Part shown: piece after piece, positions 26,632 to 34,732 of the stretch
Layout: every line of letters starts with the position of its first letter
Position numbering within the stretch: the first letter of the stretch is position 1
Source of the DNA: a virus
Direction: 5' to 3' (one strand)
IMG/VR virus record: IMGVR_UViG_3300044994_000073
Length of the DNA: 41,839 nucleotides
Translations under genes and position numbers: made by a program
Notes under the pieces: generated by a model
Database searches by the model: none
Told to the model about the DNA's origin: nothing
What the model saw: only the letters and a program-made list of their open reading frames with translations

Positions 26632-26955
26632 ATGGACGAAAAGACTCACGCTTCTCTATACGACCGAGGGCCGATTTATCAAAAGCTCCACGAACTTAAC
26701 AACAAGTCCCGTGAGCTTGAAATCAGGCTCATCGGTGTTGACGGCGACAACGGCCTAACAAAAAAAGTAGCCGATATTGAATCTGAAATGAACTCGAACT
26801 TTAACAAACTAATGGCTCGATTAGAGCACATCGCCGAAGAAAGAGACAAAAGACTCAACGCGCTGGAGGCTCGCCTTTACCTCATTTGTGGAGTTCCGGC
26901 AATCGTGGCAGCAACGATTGCGTCACTTAAATTTCTTCACCTGATAAACAACTAG
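26632..26955 (+). CDS. Coiled-coil protein with C-terminal TM anchor (107 aa)
   Basis: Heptad-like charged centre and hydrophobic C-terminus LICGVPAIVAATIASLKFL. Confidence 0.55.
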   Translation: MDEKTHASLYDRGPIYQKLHELNNKSRELEIRLIGVDGDNGLTKKVADIESEMNSNFNKLMARLEHIAEERDKRLNALEARLYLICGVPAIVAATIASLKFLHLINN

Positions 26956-26974
26956 CAAAATAAAGGAGCTAAGT

Positions 26975-27175
26975 ATGAACCTCGTAATTCAGCGAATCAT
27001 TCGACAAGGCCTCACCGCGTTGTCCGGGTATTTGGTGGCAAAAGGAGTCATCGCGGCAGATGCCGCCGGATCGTGGGCCAGCGCGGGAACCGAGTTCATT
27101 TCGGCCTTCGTGCTGTTCGCCATCAGCTGGGTCTGGTCAACCGTAAACGCCTATCTGTTAAAGAAGCGCGGCTGA
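26975..27175 (+). CDS. Holin-like small membrane protein (66 aa)
   Basis: AAGGAG SD, two hydrophobic segments, basic C-terminus LLKKRG, position next to spanin-like genes. Confidence 0.55.
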   Translation: MNLVIQRIIRQGLTALSGYLVAKGVIAADAAGSWASAGTEFISAFVLFAISWVWSTVNAYLLKKRG

Positions 27176-27178
27176 GAA

Positions 27179-27376
27179 ATGGAGCCCCTAGCAGCATGGC
27201 TTGGAACGCTATTGGGGGCGGCTCTCAAAGAGTGCGCCCCCACACTGCGAGACATTTTACGCGACGCCATCAGAGCCGCCATAACGGACACTATGGAAAA
27301 CTCCAAAGCGGATCGCGAATTGATCGAACGCCTTAAAACCAAGCTGCTTGAACTCAAGGCGAAACGTCATGAATAA
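27179..27376 (+). CDS. i-spanin-like protein (65 aa; short)
   Basis: Weak N-terminal hydrophobic segment LAAWLGTLLGAAL followed by a charged helix. Overlaps the lipoprotein gene by 8 nt. Confidence 0.4.
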   Translation: MEPLAAWLGTLLGAALKECAPTLRDILRDAIRAAITDTMENSKADRELIERLKTKLLELKAKRHE

Positions 27377-27578
27377 GCTGCCTGTCTTTCTACTGGCGGT
27401 GCTTCTATCCGGCTGCGCCGCCCGGACTATCTACGTGCCGGATGGGAACCCCGTCCGAATTGCGAGGCCCATACCCAAGGCCCACGTATGGGTCCTAGAC
27501 AAAGACGGAAAATGGGTCAAAGGCCGCGTTGATATTCCGGAAGGCTGGTATGCTCTGCCCGATCCGGCGGACAAATAG
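27369..27578 (+). CDS. Outer-membrane lipoprotein, o-spanin-like
   Basis: Signal peptide plus lipobox MNKLPVFLLAVLLSGC. Small Pro-containing mature part and overlapped arrangement. Confidence 0.6.
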   Translation: MNKLPVFLLAVLLSGCAARTIYVPDGNPVRIARPIPKAHVWVLDKDGKWVKGRVDIPEGWYALPDPADK

Positions 27579-27579
27579 C

Positions 27580-29634
27580 CTATTTGCGGTATCGTTTGGC
27601 CGTCCAACCGGCGGCTTCGAGCGGGAACCCTTCGGCCCATTCGGGCGTAAGCCGGGCGATCTGCTCTTGGATAGCGAGGTCGCTCTCAGCAGTTGACTCA
27701 TCGACCAGTGTTACCAGTTCATCATGCACGTGCATGACCACTGGAAGGCCCAACATCTCCACATTCTGCATGGTGTTCACAAGCAAATCGCGGCATAGAG
27801 CTTGGACTGCGTTTTCGGTTAATTTGCCGCCATACGTTGTCCGTTCGACCCACTTCTTGCCGACCGGATCAGTGCCCCAATAAACTATCGTCTCTTGCAT
27901 CCGCCCGTATTTGTCCTCTTCTTCACGAATTGACGGTCTGAAATAACTAAGCACCCGGGCAGACGGCAGAGCCATAAACAAAAAATCTCTGGCCACTTTG
28001 AACTTGATGCGTCCGTATTGGTAAACATGCCCCGGATTCTTAATCGCCCGGATCGCGCCGTCGGCGAGACCGGCCCAAAGAGCTTTAGTCATCGGATGGC
28101 TCGCCCGCCATGCGCGTATGATTTCTGAGATGCGGGCCTCTTCGACCGCATCAACATACGTCTCGACCGTCGGAAACATGGACTGAGCCCGATCCTCTTG
28201 GCCATCGTCCAGCGGGTGGCGAATGAGCTCATTTCGCTGCCACCTATCACAAGCTCCACGTCTTGACTCAGCAGACAAGACATCGACACCGTAGCTCGCG
28301 CCCATTACGCGAAACGCATTGACCCAGCCTTGGTAGCCCAGTGCAAGCTCTGCGACTTTTCCTTCCTGTCTGCGTGGATCAGATTTGCTCAAAGACTCAT
28401 ACGGAACGCCGTAGATGTTCGAAGCCGCTACAAGATAAAGGTCTTTGCCCGCGCGATAGGCTTCAAGCACGTGGTCCTCTTCGGCTAGCCACGCAAGCCC
28501 GCGGCCTTCCACAGCTGAAAAATCCACAGCGCACAGTTGCTTACCGGGCGGCGCGGATATAAGGCCGCGCAGACATCTGCTGATGTCTTTCATAGTCGCA
28601 CGATCCGGATCGCGCAGCACCGTCTGAATTTCATCGTCGGTCTTGAATGAGTCCCGGGGGAAATTATGAGGCTGGATGCCTTTGCCGCCCCATCTCCCGG
28701 TAGCTGCACCATGATACAAAAACGCGCCCCTGACCCGGTTGTCCGGTTGGGCCATGTCTCTGATCGCGTGCAATTTGGCAACCGATGTCAGACTCTCAAA
28801 TTGCCGGATTTCCAGTATGCGTTTGGCAGGCTCTGTAAGTTGTGCAGTTTTGAGCGCAGTTTCAACGGTGTGCTTGGTGAGGTCAGGCAGTTCGACGGCT
28901 TGAGTTTCTTTAAGCCAAGCCAGTATTTCAGCGACTTGCTTGGTGCTGCGGACCCGGTTGGCAGTGATACGTTGCACTTCGAGCTCGCATTCACGAGCGC
29001 AGCGGTTGGCTGCGCGTTCAAGCTTGGCTACGCCATCAAGATCAACCGGTATGCCCCGGTCATTGATGATTTGATCAAGCTCCCACACTTTCTGTTCGGC
29101 AGGGTTAAACGGCGGAAGCTTGCCACAAATGTCTCTTTCTGTGGCCACGTCTTGTTTGCAGTAATCAAGCATCTGCTGGAGCAAGTTCGGATCGTTCACA
29201 AACGAGCCATCTTTGCGCGGACACGAAAGTGTTTGGATCAGAAACTTGCCTTCTTTGGATTTCTGATTTGGCGTGCCGAGCACTTCGGCCAGTTCACCTA
29301 ACGACCGCGGCAGCGCGTAGCTCGCTGCGTGCGCTGCGCTGCAACGCCATCTGCTGATCGGAACAGTTGGCAAACCGATACGGCTTCCACAGTGCTGCGT
29401 TATGAGCCTTTCAAAGTTGGCGTTATGGGCGACGATCAACTCCGCGTGCTCCATTAAGTAGGCCAGTCGCCGCATTGCAGCAGCATCTGTGGCTAAGCAG
29501 CCTTCGACTTCGGCGTCATCAACGGCCCAAGCTGCGCACAATATGGACGTGCTAGGGTCTGTGGCGTAGTTATAGATGCCGTGCTTTTTCAGATCGACAG
29601 CCGACCGGGTTTCGTAGTCAAGATGGAGTATCAT
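27580..29634 (-). CDS. Family A DNA polymerase with N-terminal 3'-5' exonuclease
   Basis: Exo motifs LDYETRS, AHNANFE, YCKQDV. Pol motif A DFSAVEGR, motif B KVAELALGYQG, motif C VMHVHDE. Confidence 0.93.
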   Translation of the reverse strand: MILHLDYETRSAVDLKKHGIYNYATDPSTSILCAAWAVDDAEVEGCLATDAAAMRRLAYLMEHAELIVAHNANFERLITQHCGSRIGLPTVPISRWRCSAAHAASYALPRSLGELAEVLGTPNQKSKEGKFLIQTLSCPRKDGSFVNDPNLLQQMLDYCKQDVATERDICGKLPPFNPAEQKVWELDQIINDRGIPVDLDGVAKLERAANRCARECELEVQRITANRVRSTKQVAEILAWLKETQAVELPDLTKHTVETALKTAQLTEPAKRILEIRQFESLTSVAKLHAIRDMAQPDNRVRGAFLYHGAATGRWGGKGIQPHNFPRDSFKTDDEIQTVLRDPDRATMKDISRCLRGLISAPPGKQLCAVDFSAVEGRGLAWLAEEDHVLEAYRAGKDLYLVAASNIYGVPYESLSKSDPRRQEGKVAELALGYQGWVNAFRVMGASYGVDVLSAESRRGACDRWQRNELIRHPLDDGQEDRAQSMFPTVETYVDAVEEARISEIIRAWRASHPMTKALWAGLADGAIRAIKNPGHVYQYGRIKFKVARDFLFMALPSARVLSYFRPSIREEEDKYGRMQETIVYWGTDPVGKKWVERTTYGGKLTENAVQALCRDLLVNTMQNVEMLGLPVVMHVHDELVTLVDESTAESDLAIQEQIARLTPEWAEGFPLEAAGWTAKRYRK

Positions 29635-29921
29635 AAAATTTTTCCAAAGAAGCCGTAGAGCCCTAGAGGGAACAATTCCACAACAGCGATGTCAACATCC
29701 GGGCCGTAAGTGCGCCGGATAGACTCAATGACCGCTCGCTCATTCTGTTCAGGGTCCAAAGAAAACTCAACGAGACCGGCGTCCACAAGCTCCAGCAGTG
29801 TAACAACACCGTGTATTTCGAAAGGCACATCACCGAACGGGTTTTGAATGGAGCAGGTGGGCATGAGCAAACCGCATATTGATATTAGTCTCGAACCCGA
29901 AAAGCCGAAGGTCTCTTTCAA
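29631..29921 (-). CDS. Hypothetical protein (start uncertain: TTG 29921 or ATG 29864)
   Basis: Its stop overlaps the polymerase ATG (ATGA), suggesting translational coupling. Confidence 0.5.
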   Translation of the reverse strand: MKETFGFSGSRLISICGLLMPTCSIQNPFGDVPFEIHGVVTLLELVDAGLVEFSLDPEQNERAVIESIRRTYGPDVDIAVVELFPLGLYGFFGKIL

Positions 29922-30114
29922 GTCGGTCCGGGTTCGTTATGTAGTCTATCGCGTCCTGCTTAATTTCAAGCCTAAGCTGGTCCCACCGCTTTTGACGCGC
30001 CGTTGCCCGGCGACGTTCTGGAATTTTCATTTGTGCGTCCATTTGAGCCTGCTGAACAGTGCGCAAAAAGAACCACACATGCGGCTCCATGTCGTCCGGG
30101 CAACGTGCATCCAT
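29830..30114 (-). CDS. Hypothetical basic protein (94 aa)
   Basis: ATG 4 nt after the upstream stop. Overlaps the next ORF by 35-92 nt depending on that ORF's start. Confidence 0.4.
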   Translation of the reverse strand: MDARCPDDMEPHVWFFLRTVQQAQMDAQMKIPERRRATARQKRWDQLRLEIKQDAIDYITNPDRLERDLRLFGFETNINMRFAHAHLLHSKPVR

Positions 30115-30118
30115 ACAG

Positions 30119-30448
30119 TCAGTCTTTCAAAAAGGCGGGGCGGGCTGTCTGCGTTTCTTCGTAAAAAGGAAACACCAACTGCTCCGGCTCTTTGTGCTTG
30201 CGAATTCCCAGTTTCGCTTCTAATTCGGCGACTCGCTTACGCAGATATTCGTTTGACCTTTTTTCATCAGCCAAGCGGCTCACGAGCCAGTTGATAAACT
30301 CATGATGGCTGTAACGGCGGACCAGCTTTAAGCAGTCCGGATCGAGAGCCCGCGCAAATGCGTGGCCCTTGTAAGCGAGGTAAAACAGCACCGCCAAAGA
30401 AGACAGGCTGGCACCGATTCCGAATGCGGCGAGAATTTGAAGTGTCAT
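30119..30448 (-). CDS. Small membrane protein (109 aa, N-terminal TM)
   Basis: MTLQILAAFGIGASLSSLAVLFYLAY. The longer tracked form (to 30604) would overlap the SSB gene by 95 nt. Confidence 0.5.
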   Translation of the reverse strand: MTLQILAAFGIGASLSSLAVLFYLAYKGHAFARALDPDCLKLVRRYSHHEFINWLVSRLADEKRSNEYLRKRVAELEAKLGIRKHKEPEQLVFPFYEETQTARPAFLKD

Positions 30449-30509
30449 AATTAGTCGTCCGTGTTGACTGTTCTCTTCGGGGGTATAACCCGAAGAGAAC
30501 AGCGTAAGT

Positions 30510-31073
30510 TCAGAGGGCGAATATATCGTCAGAAGCGGCGGCTTTCGTCGCGCCGCCCGGTTGTTCGACAGGCCCGAAGTCATCTTCGGGTTTGCTACGT
30601 CCACCTAACGGCTCCCCGTCGCGTAGCTTTTGCACGTTCCGGAGACCGAATGCGACGCCCCGGTTGCCCGCGCTGTCATAAGCGTATGCCACCACCGACG
30701 CACGGGCATAGCTGCCCGGATACAATTCGGCCTCAACGTCAATAATCGGCTGGACTTTTTGATCGACAACTTGAGGCTTCACTTTCGAGCTCAAGGCTAC
30801 AAACGTGCAGCCGGGGGCTTTGGGTTTGCCGTCCTTGTCCAACTCCGTGTCGCCGTCACGGAACGGGCTGCGAAGATTCTTAGGCCGCTTTGCCGGATCA
30901 GGCCACTTTTCGGCCACGGCAGCTGCGGCCAGCTCCCGCAGTGCACTAATGTCGGTTGATTTAGAGAACCAAGCGACAAGACTGTATTTAGGCTCCCCAC
31001 CGCTAAGCGGGGCACGAGGCGTTACAAGGTTCGGATAGCTAACGCGGAATTCAGGGGTAACGATTGATTTCAT
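30510..31073 (-). CDS. ssDNA-binding protein, DUF2815/Enc34-type
   Basis: N-terminus TPEFRVSYPNLVTPRA, OB-like body, acidic C-terminal tail SDDIFAL. Sits next to DUF2800 and PolA. Confidence 0.82.
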   Translation of the reverse strand: MKSIVTPEFRVSYPNLVTPRAPLSGGEPKYSLVAWFSKSTDISALRELAAAAVAEKWPDPAKRPKNLRSPFRDGDTELDKDGKPKAPGCTFVALSSKVKPQVVDQKVQPIIDVEAELYPGSYARASVVAYAYDSAGNRGVAFGLRNVQKLRDGEPLGGRSKPEDDFGPVEQPGGATKAAASDDIFAL

Positions 31074-31106
31074 TGTATGGGTCTTTCTGTTTTACTGTTT
31101 AATGGT

Positions 31107-32339
31107 TTAGGGTTTGGCCCCGGCAGATGGGGAAATTGGCATCGGCTCCGACACGGAAACTTCAGAAAACTCTGACAACACGGGCACGTAAGCAGGCTTC
31201 TTCGATTCTGCACGGGCCAGCGCGAGACCGCCCGGAGCGCGCACAGTCCAATCGGGCGGCGCGCCATCAAGACCGTGCTCACGGAAAATTTTATCAGCCT
31301 GCGCAGGCGATATAAGCTTCTTGGTGTATGCGTTTTCGCCAAGCGCAGCAATCAGTTTGGACTCGCCCTCCGGTGTCCATTTCCGGTCGCCGTCGCGACC
31401 GTGAACGAGCTTCCACCCGGGATGCGTCTCGCCGTTCGCTAAGCGTTTGAACAGCATCCGCTTGGCGTTTTCGGCCCAATCAGAAATTAGCTCAGCGGCA
31501 TCCGCAATTTCGGCAAGCCGATCCACTGATAGCTGTGCCGGATCGGGCAGCGCGATTGGCGCGCCGAAGTCAACGCGAGCCACTTGATAGGCTCTCTCAG
31601 CAATCGCCGGGCAAGTATTTTTAGCCGGGCAAAACTGGCACCATGCCCCCGCATGACGGGGCGCAGCCGAATCATCAGTAGCTTTGGCTTTGTGCAGCAG
31701 CGGGCCATAAGCCCACTGAGCCAGCTCTTGGCCCGTAATCCGGAAATATCGGATCGGGGCCCCGCCAGCGCGAGGCTGCACGATCGCCACGTCCACCTCA
31801 TCAATAACATCTTCGATGACGTGGTTGCGCAGCAGCTTGCAGAGCTCCAATGCCGCACCGAGAGCGTAAATCAGAAGCTGCGGGTTGTTCTCCACATCGA
31901 CCACTTTGCCTTGGCCGTGCTTGTAATCCCGCACGTAGAGGGTCCGCACGTCCCCGTGGTAGGCCCAAAAATCGCAGGTCCCGCCGAGGTCTTTGTGAAT
32001 CGTTGGCAGCGTAAATTCGGTCTCGATACCATAATAATCGGCGAGCCCTTTCAAATTTTGACATTCCTCAACGTAAATGGTCAACGGCTCTACCATGTCC
32101 GCTGTGACAACCATTTTAGTTTCAGGGCACACTTGGCCGACAAACTGATCCGGTGTCTTGGCGTTTGTGACCGGAGTCCGGAGGCACTGCTCCGCAACCC
32201 AATGAGCCGTGGTGCCCTCATCAGCCCATACCGATGAGGGAGCTTTCGGAGCGGAGAGCCTCGCGGCGGGCTCACCGGGACACTCTATCCAACGGTGAGC
32301 CGCGCTAGGTGATAGTTTGTAGTGCCGCTTCTCTTTCAT
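31107..32339 (-). CDS. PD-(D/E)XK nuclease, DUF2800 / Cas4-like with Cys cluster
   Basis: YKLSPSAAHRWIECPG, RDYKHGQG...NPQLLIYALGA, C-terminal CQFCPAKNTC (Cas4/AddB-style cysteines). Confidence 0.82.
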   Translation of the reverse strand: MKEKRHYKLSPSAAHRWIECPGEPAARLSAPKAPSSVWADEGTTAHWVAEQCLRTPVTNAKTPDQFVGQVCPETKMVVTADMVEPLTIYVEECQNLKGLADYYGIETEFTLPTIHKDLGGTCDFWAYHGDVRTLYVRDYKHGQGKVVDVENNPQLLIYALGAALELCKLLRNHVIEDVIDEVDVAIVQPRAGGAPIRYFRITGQELAQWAYGPLLHKAKATDDSAAPRHAGAWCQFCPAKNTCPAIAERAYQVARVDFGAPIALPDPAQLSVDRLAEIADAAELISDWAENAKRMLFKRLANGETHPGWKLVHGRDGDRKWTPEGESKLIAALGENAYTKKLISPAQADKIFREHGLDGAPPDWTVRAPGGLALARAESKKPAYVPVLSEFSEVSVSEPMPISPSAGAKP

Positions 32340-34153
32340 TGGAAGCTCCGATTGATCAGGCTTTCACGTTCGGAAACGGGAATCTCCCGCACGTTCTTCA
32401 ATCCGGCCCGGGTCAAATAGGCCTTAATGAGATCGATGTTGCCGGGGGCTTTGCTGGCGAACTCAACGCAAGCTTTTTTCCACGCCTCATCGTTGGCAAA
32501 CTCCGCGGCGGCAGGCTCAGCAGCAGCAGCAGCGGCGGCGGCAGGCTCAGCAGCAGCGGCGGCAGGCTCAGCAGCAGCGGCGGCAGGCTCAGCAGCAGCG
32601 GCGGCAGGCTCAGCAGCAGCGGCGGCAGGCTCAGCAGCAGCGGCGGCAGGCTCAGCAGCAGCGGCGGCAGGCTCAGCAGCAGCGGGTTCCGGCTCCGGCT
32701 TTTTACCGCGCTTCTTTGGCGAAGCGGGCTGCGGCTCAGTTTGGGGTTGAGCAGCGGATTCGGCCAGAATGTCAGCGGCCTGAATGAAGCCGTTGCCGAT
32801 TGCACGGAATGCGCGGCTCAGATTAACAGCATTTAGGGATTGGTTCATGGTCTCTTTCTTTGGTTCGGGTTTGGGTTCTTGTTTAGACTTTGCGAGAATC
32901 TTCTCCAAAGTCAACATCTTTTTTAATATCACATTCGCGATCATGGCGTCAATAGAATTTTCCGCCACAAGATAATAAATGTTGACCGGCTTGTTTTGCC
33001 CGATTCTGTGGGCACGGTCTTCGGCCTGTTCGTTGACCCCCGGGGTCCAGTCGTATTCAGCGAAAACAACAATCGGCGCGGCGGTCAATGTAATTCCGAC
33101 GCCCGCGGCGCGTATGTTGCCGATGAACACCCGGCAATCCGGATCGGTCTGAAACCGGTTAACAATTTGCTGGCGGCTACTGACAGATGTCGAGCCGTCA
33201 ATGACCAAGGCCCGCTTTCCGAAGTGCTGCCGAAGCCCGTCAATGACGGCCTTGTGGTGCGCGAACACCAGCACTTTTTCGCCGGTTTCTTCCAGCAAAT
33301 TCTCAACAAAATCTATAGCCGCTGGCAGCTTTTGCTCACCCAATGCGGCGCGCAACGTGGCCAAGTCGCCGAGGTGCTCAAACTCTACGTCCCAGCCCGT
33401 TTCGGCTGCTTGGATCATGCCGATTTTTCCATCGACCGCCTGCTCAATGACGGCCCTGCCAGAGTCCGTAATCTGAACGGGCACCACCTGACGGGTCTTT
33501 GGCGGCAACTCCGTGAGCACGTCGGCTTTGGTTCGGCGTAACATGATCGGCTCCAATTTCTGGCGGAGCTCTGCGGTGTTGGTGGCCCCGCGTCCGCCCC
33601 CGAACAGCCCGCCGCAATAGCGAATCTTGAAAGCGGTCAGGCTCGACACGATCTTTTGCCGCAACCACCAGAGCACGGGATACAATTCCAGCGGGCGATT
33701 TAGCACTGGCGATCCAGACATGGCCCACCGCCGCACGGATGGGATAGTGAGCAGTGCTTTAGTTCTTTGACTGCGGGCTTGCTTGATGTAGTGGGCCTCG
33801 TCCGCTATGACCAAGCCCCACTTCCTTGCGCACAAAGATTTGTGGTGCGCTTTCAAAATGTCATAGTTGACAATAGTCACCAGAGGCAAACCGCTGTCAT
33901 GTTTCGCTTTTTTGCCAGATAGAATGCCGGCGTGCGGATACCATTCCGGGCACCACATCTTAATTTCAGCAAGCCAGTTGGCTTTCAGAGTAGCCGGGCA
34001 CACTATCAGCACGCCATCCTCAAGACGAACAGCCCGCCGAGCAGCAACAAGGGCCTGAGCCGTCTTGCCCAAGCCCATTTCATCAGCTAGCAAGGCCTCA
34101 TTTCTCTGAGCCAGAAACAGTGCTCCGGCTTCTTGGTAATGCCGGAGCTGCAT
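32336..34153 (-). CDS. SNF2-family helicase with repeat linker and extra C-terminal domain
   Basis: DEMGLGKT, VIADEAHYIK, QAEDRAHRIGQ. ATGA overlap with the nuclease gene. Confidence 0.93.
   Translation of the reverse strand: MQLRHYQEAGALFLAQRNEALLADEMGLGKTAQALVAARRAVRLEDGVLIVCPATLKANWLAEIKMWCPEWYPHAGILSGKKAKHDSGLPLVTIVNYDILKAHHKSLCARKWGLVIADEAHYIKQARSQRTKALLTIPSVRRWAMSGSPVLNRPLELYPVLWWLRQKIVSSLTAFKIRYCGGLFGGGRGATNTAELRQKLEPIMLRRTKADVLTELPPKTRQVVPVQITDSGRAVIEQAVDGKIGMIQAAETGWDVEFEHLGDLATLRAALGEQKLPAAIDFVENLLEETGEKVLVFAHHKAVIDGLRQHFGKRALVIDGSTSVSSRQQIVNRFQTDPDCRVFIGNIRAAGVGITLTAAPIVVFAEYDWTPGVNEQAEDRAHRIGQNKPVNIYYLVAENSIDAMIANVILKKMLTLEKILAKSKQEPKPEPKKETMNQSLNAVNLSRAFRAIGNGFIQAADILAESAAQPQTEPQPASPKKRGKKPEPEPAAAEPAAAAAEPAAAAAEPAAAAAEPAAAAAEPAAAAAEPAAAAAEPAAAAAAAAEPAAAEFANDEAWKKACVEFASKAPGNIDLIKAYLTRAGLKNVREIPVSERESLINRSFQ
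32506..32690. repeat. In-frame 21-bp tandem repeat (one 30-bp copy, then seven at 21-bp period) encoding (AAAAEPA)n in the SNF2 gene
   Basis: GCAGGCTCAG starts at 32511, 32541, 32562, 32583, 32604, 32625, 32646 and 32667. Confidence 0.95.
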
Positions 34154-34368
34154 TAGACTTTGCCGCCCCCATCGGCGCGTTTTTTCGGCCTCAGCTTCAG
34201 ACTGATTTTGCCCTCACGGTATAGTTCCAGAGCGCGTTCCTCGAACAGCCCCCGCTCAATCGCGAGTCGGCCAGTGTCAGCCAGTTCTTGGAACAGCTCA
34301 ATCTCTTCTTCCGGCCACATCTCATCGGCCAGCCAGCGGATCATTTTAGCATCTAGGTCTTCTTTCAT
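34153..34368 (-). CDS. Small acidic hypothetical protein (71 aa from ATG 34368; TTG alternative at 34395)
   Basis: First gene of the leftward replication operon. AAAGG SD before ATG 34368. TAATG overlap with SNF2. Confidence 0.55.
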   Translation of the reverse strand: MKEDLDAKMIRWLADEMWPEEEIELFQELADTGRLAIERGLFEERALELYREGKISLKLRPKKRADGGGKV

Positions 34369-34400
34369 GGGTGCCTTTTTGTTGGTTTCAATCAAGCCTA

Positions 34401-34430
34401 AGAATAGCAGCCAGCGTCAGGGGGCGTCAA
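34401..34430 (-). promoter_or_regulatory. Candidate leftward promoter of the replication operon
   Basis: On the minus strand: TTGACG (34425-34430), 18-nt spacer, TATTCT (34401-34406). GCGTCA is repeated at a 10-bp offset (34414, 34424). Confidence 0.3.
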
Positions 34431-34501
34431 CAAATTTCTCCGGCCATGAGTATTTTCCACTTGACCTGCTCTACCGGGCATGGCAGCTTTGCTATCCCAC
34501 T

Positions 34502-34732
34502 ATGAGAACACCGCAAAACCCGTTCTGGAACGTGGGCGACCAGACCAAGCTCGCCGAATACGCCCACATCACGCCTGCTAATCTCAACTCCATCATTCAC
34601 CGGAAACGCCGCGTGTCGTGGCGCATGGCGTGCCGATTGGAGGAAGCCGCAGAAAAAGCATTAGGAAAACCGATACCAGCCGCTGAATGGATTAACCCCG
34701 CATCGAAACACCCCGCCTTTGACACCGAATGA
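34502..34732 (+). CDS. Helix-turn-helix transcriptional regulator (Cro/YdaS-like, 76 aa)
   Basis: LAEYAHITPANLNSIIHRKRRVSWRMACRLEEA reads as an HTH. Divergent from the replication operon and overlaps the primase start (ATGA). Confidence 0.6.
   Translation: MRTPQNPFWNVGDQTKLAEYAHITPANLNSIIHRKRRVSWRMACRLEEAAEKALGKPIPAAEWINPASKHPAFDTE

Noticed and set aside
32309-32836. ORFs encoding (GGRLSSS)n and (AAAAGS)n on the plus strand, and (LLLSLPP)n on the minus strand (32309-32836, 32427-32750, 32413-32805)
   Set aside because: These are alternative frames of the 21-bp VNTR inside the well-supported SNF2 gene, so they are low-complexity artefacts.
34160-34501. N-terminal two thirds of the tracked 190-aa ORF 34160-34732
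   Set aside because: That part is antisense to the 34153-34368 gene and is Ser/Arg-rich low complexity. Only the C-terminal 76 aa from ATG 34502 form a credible HTH protein.
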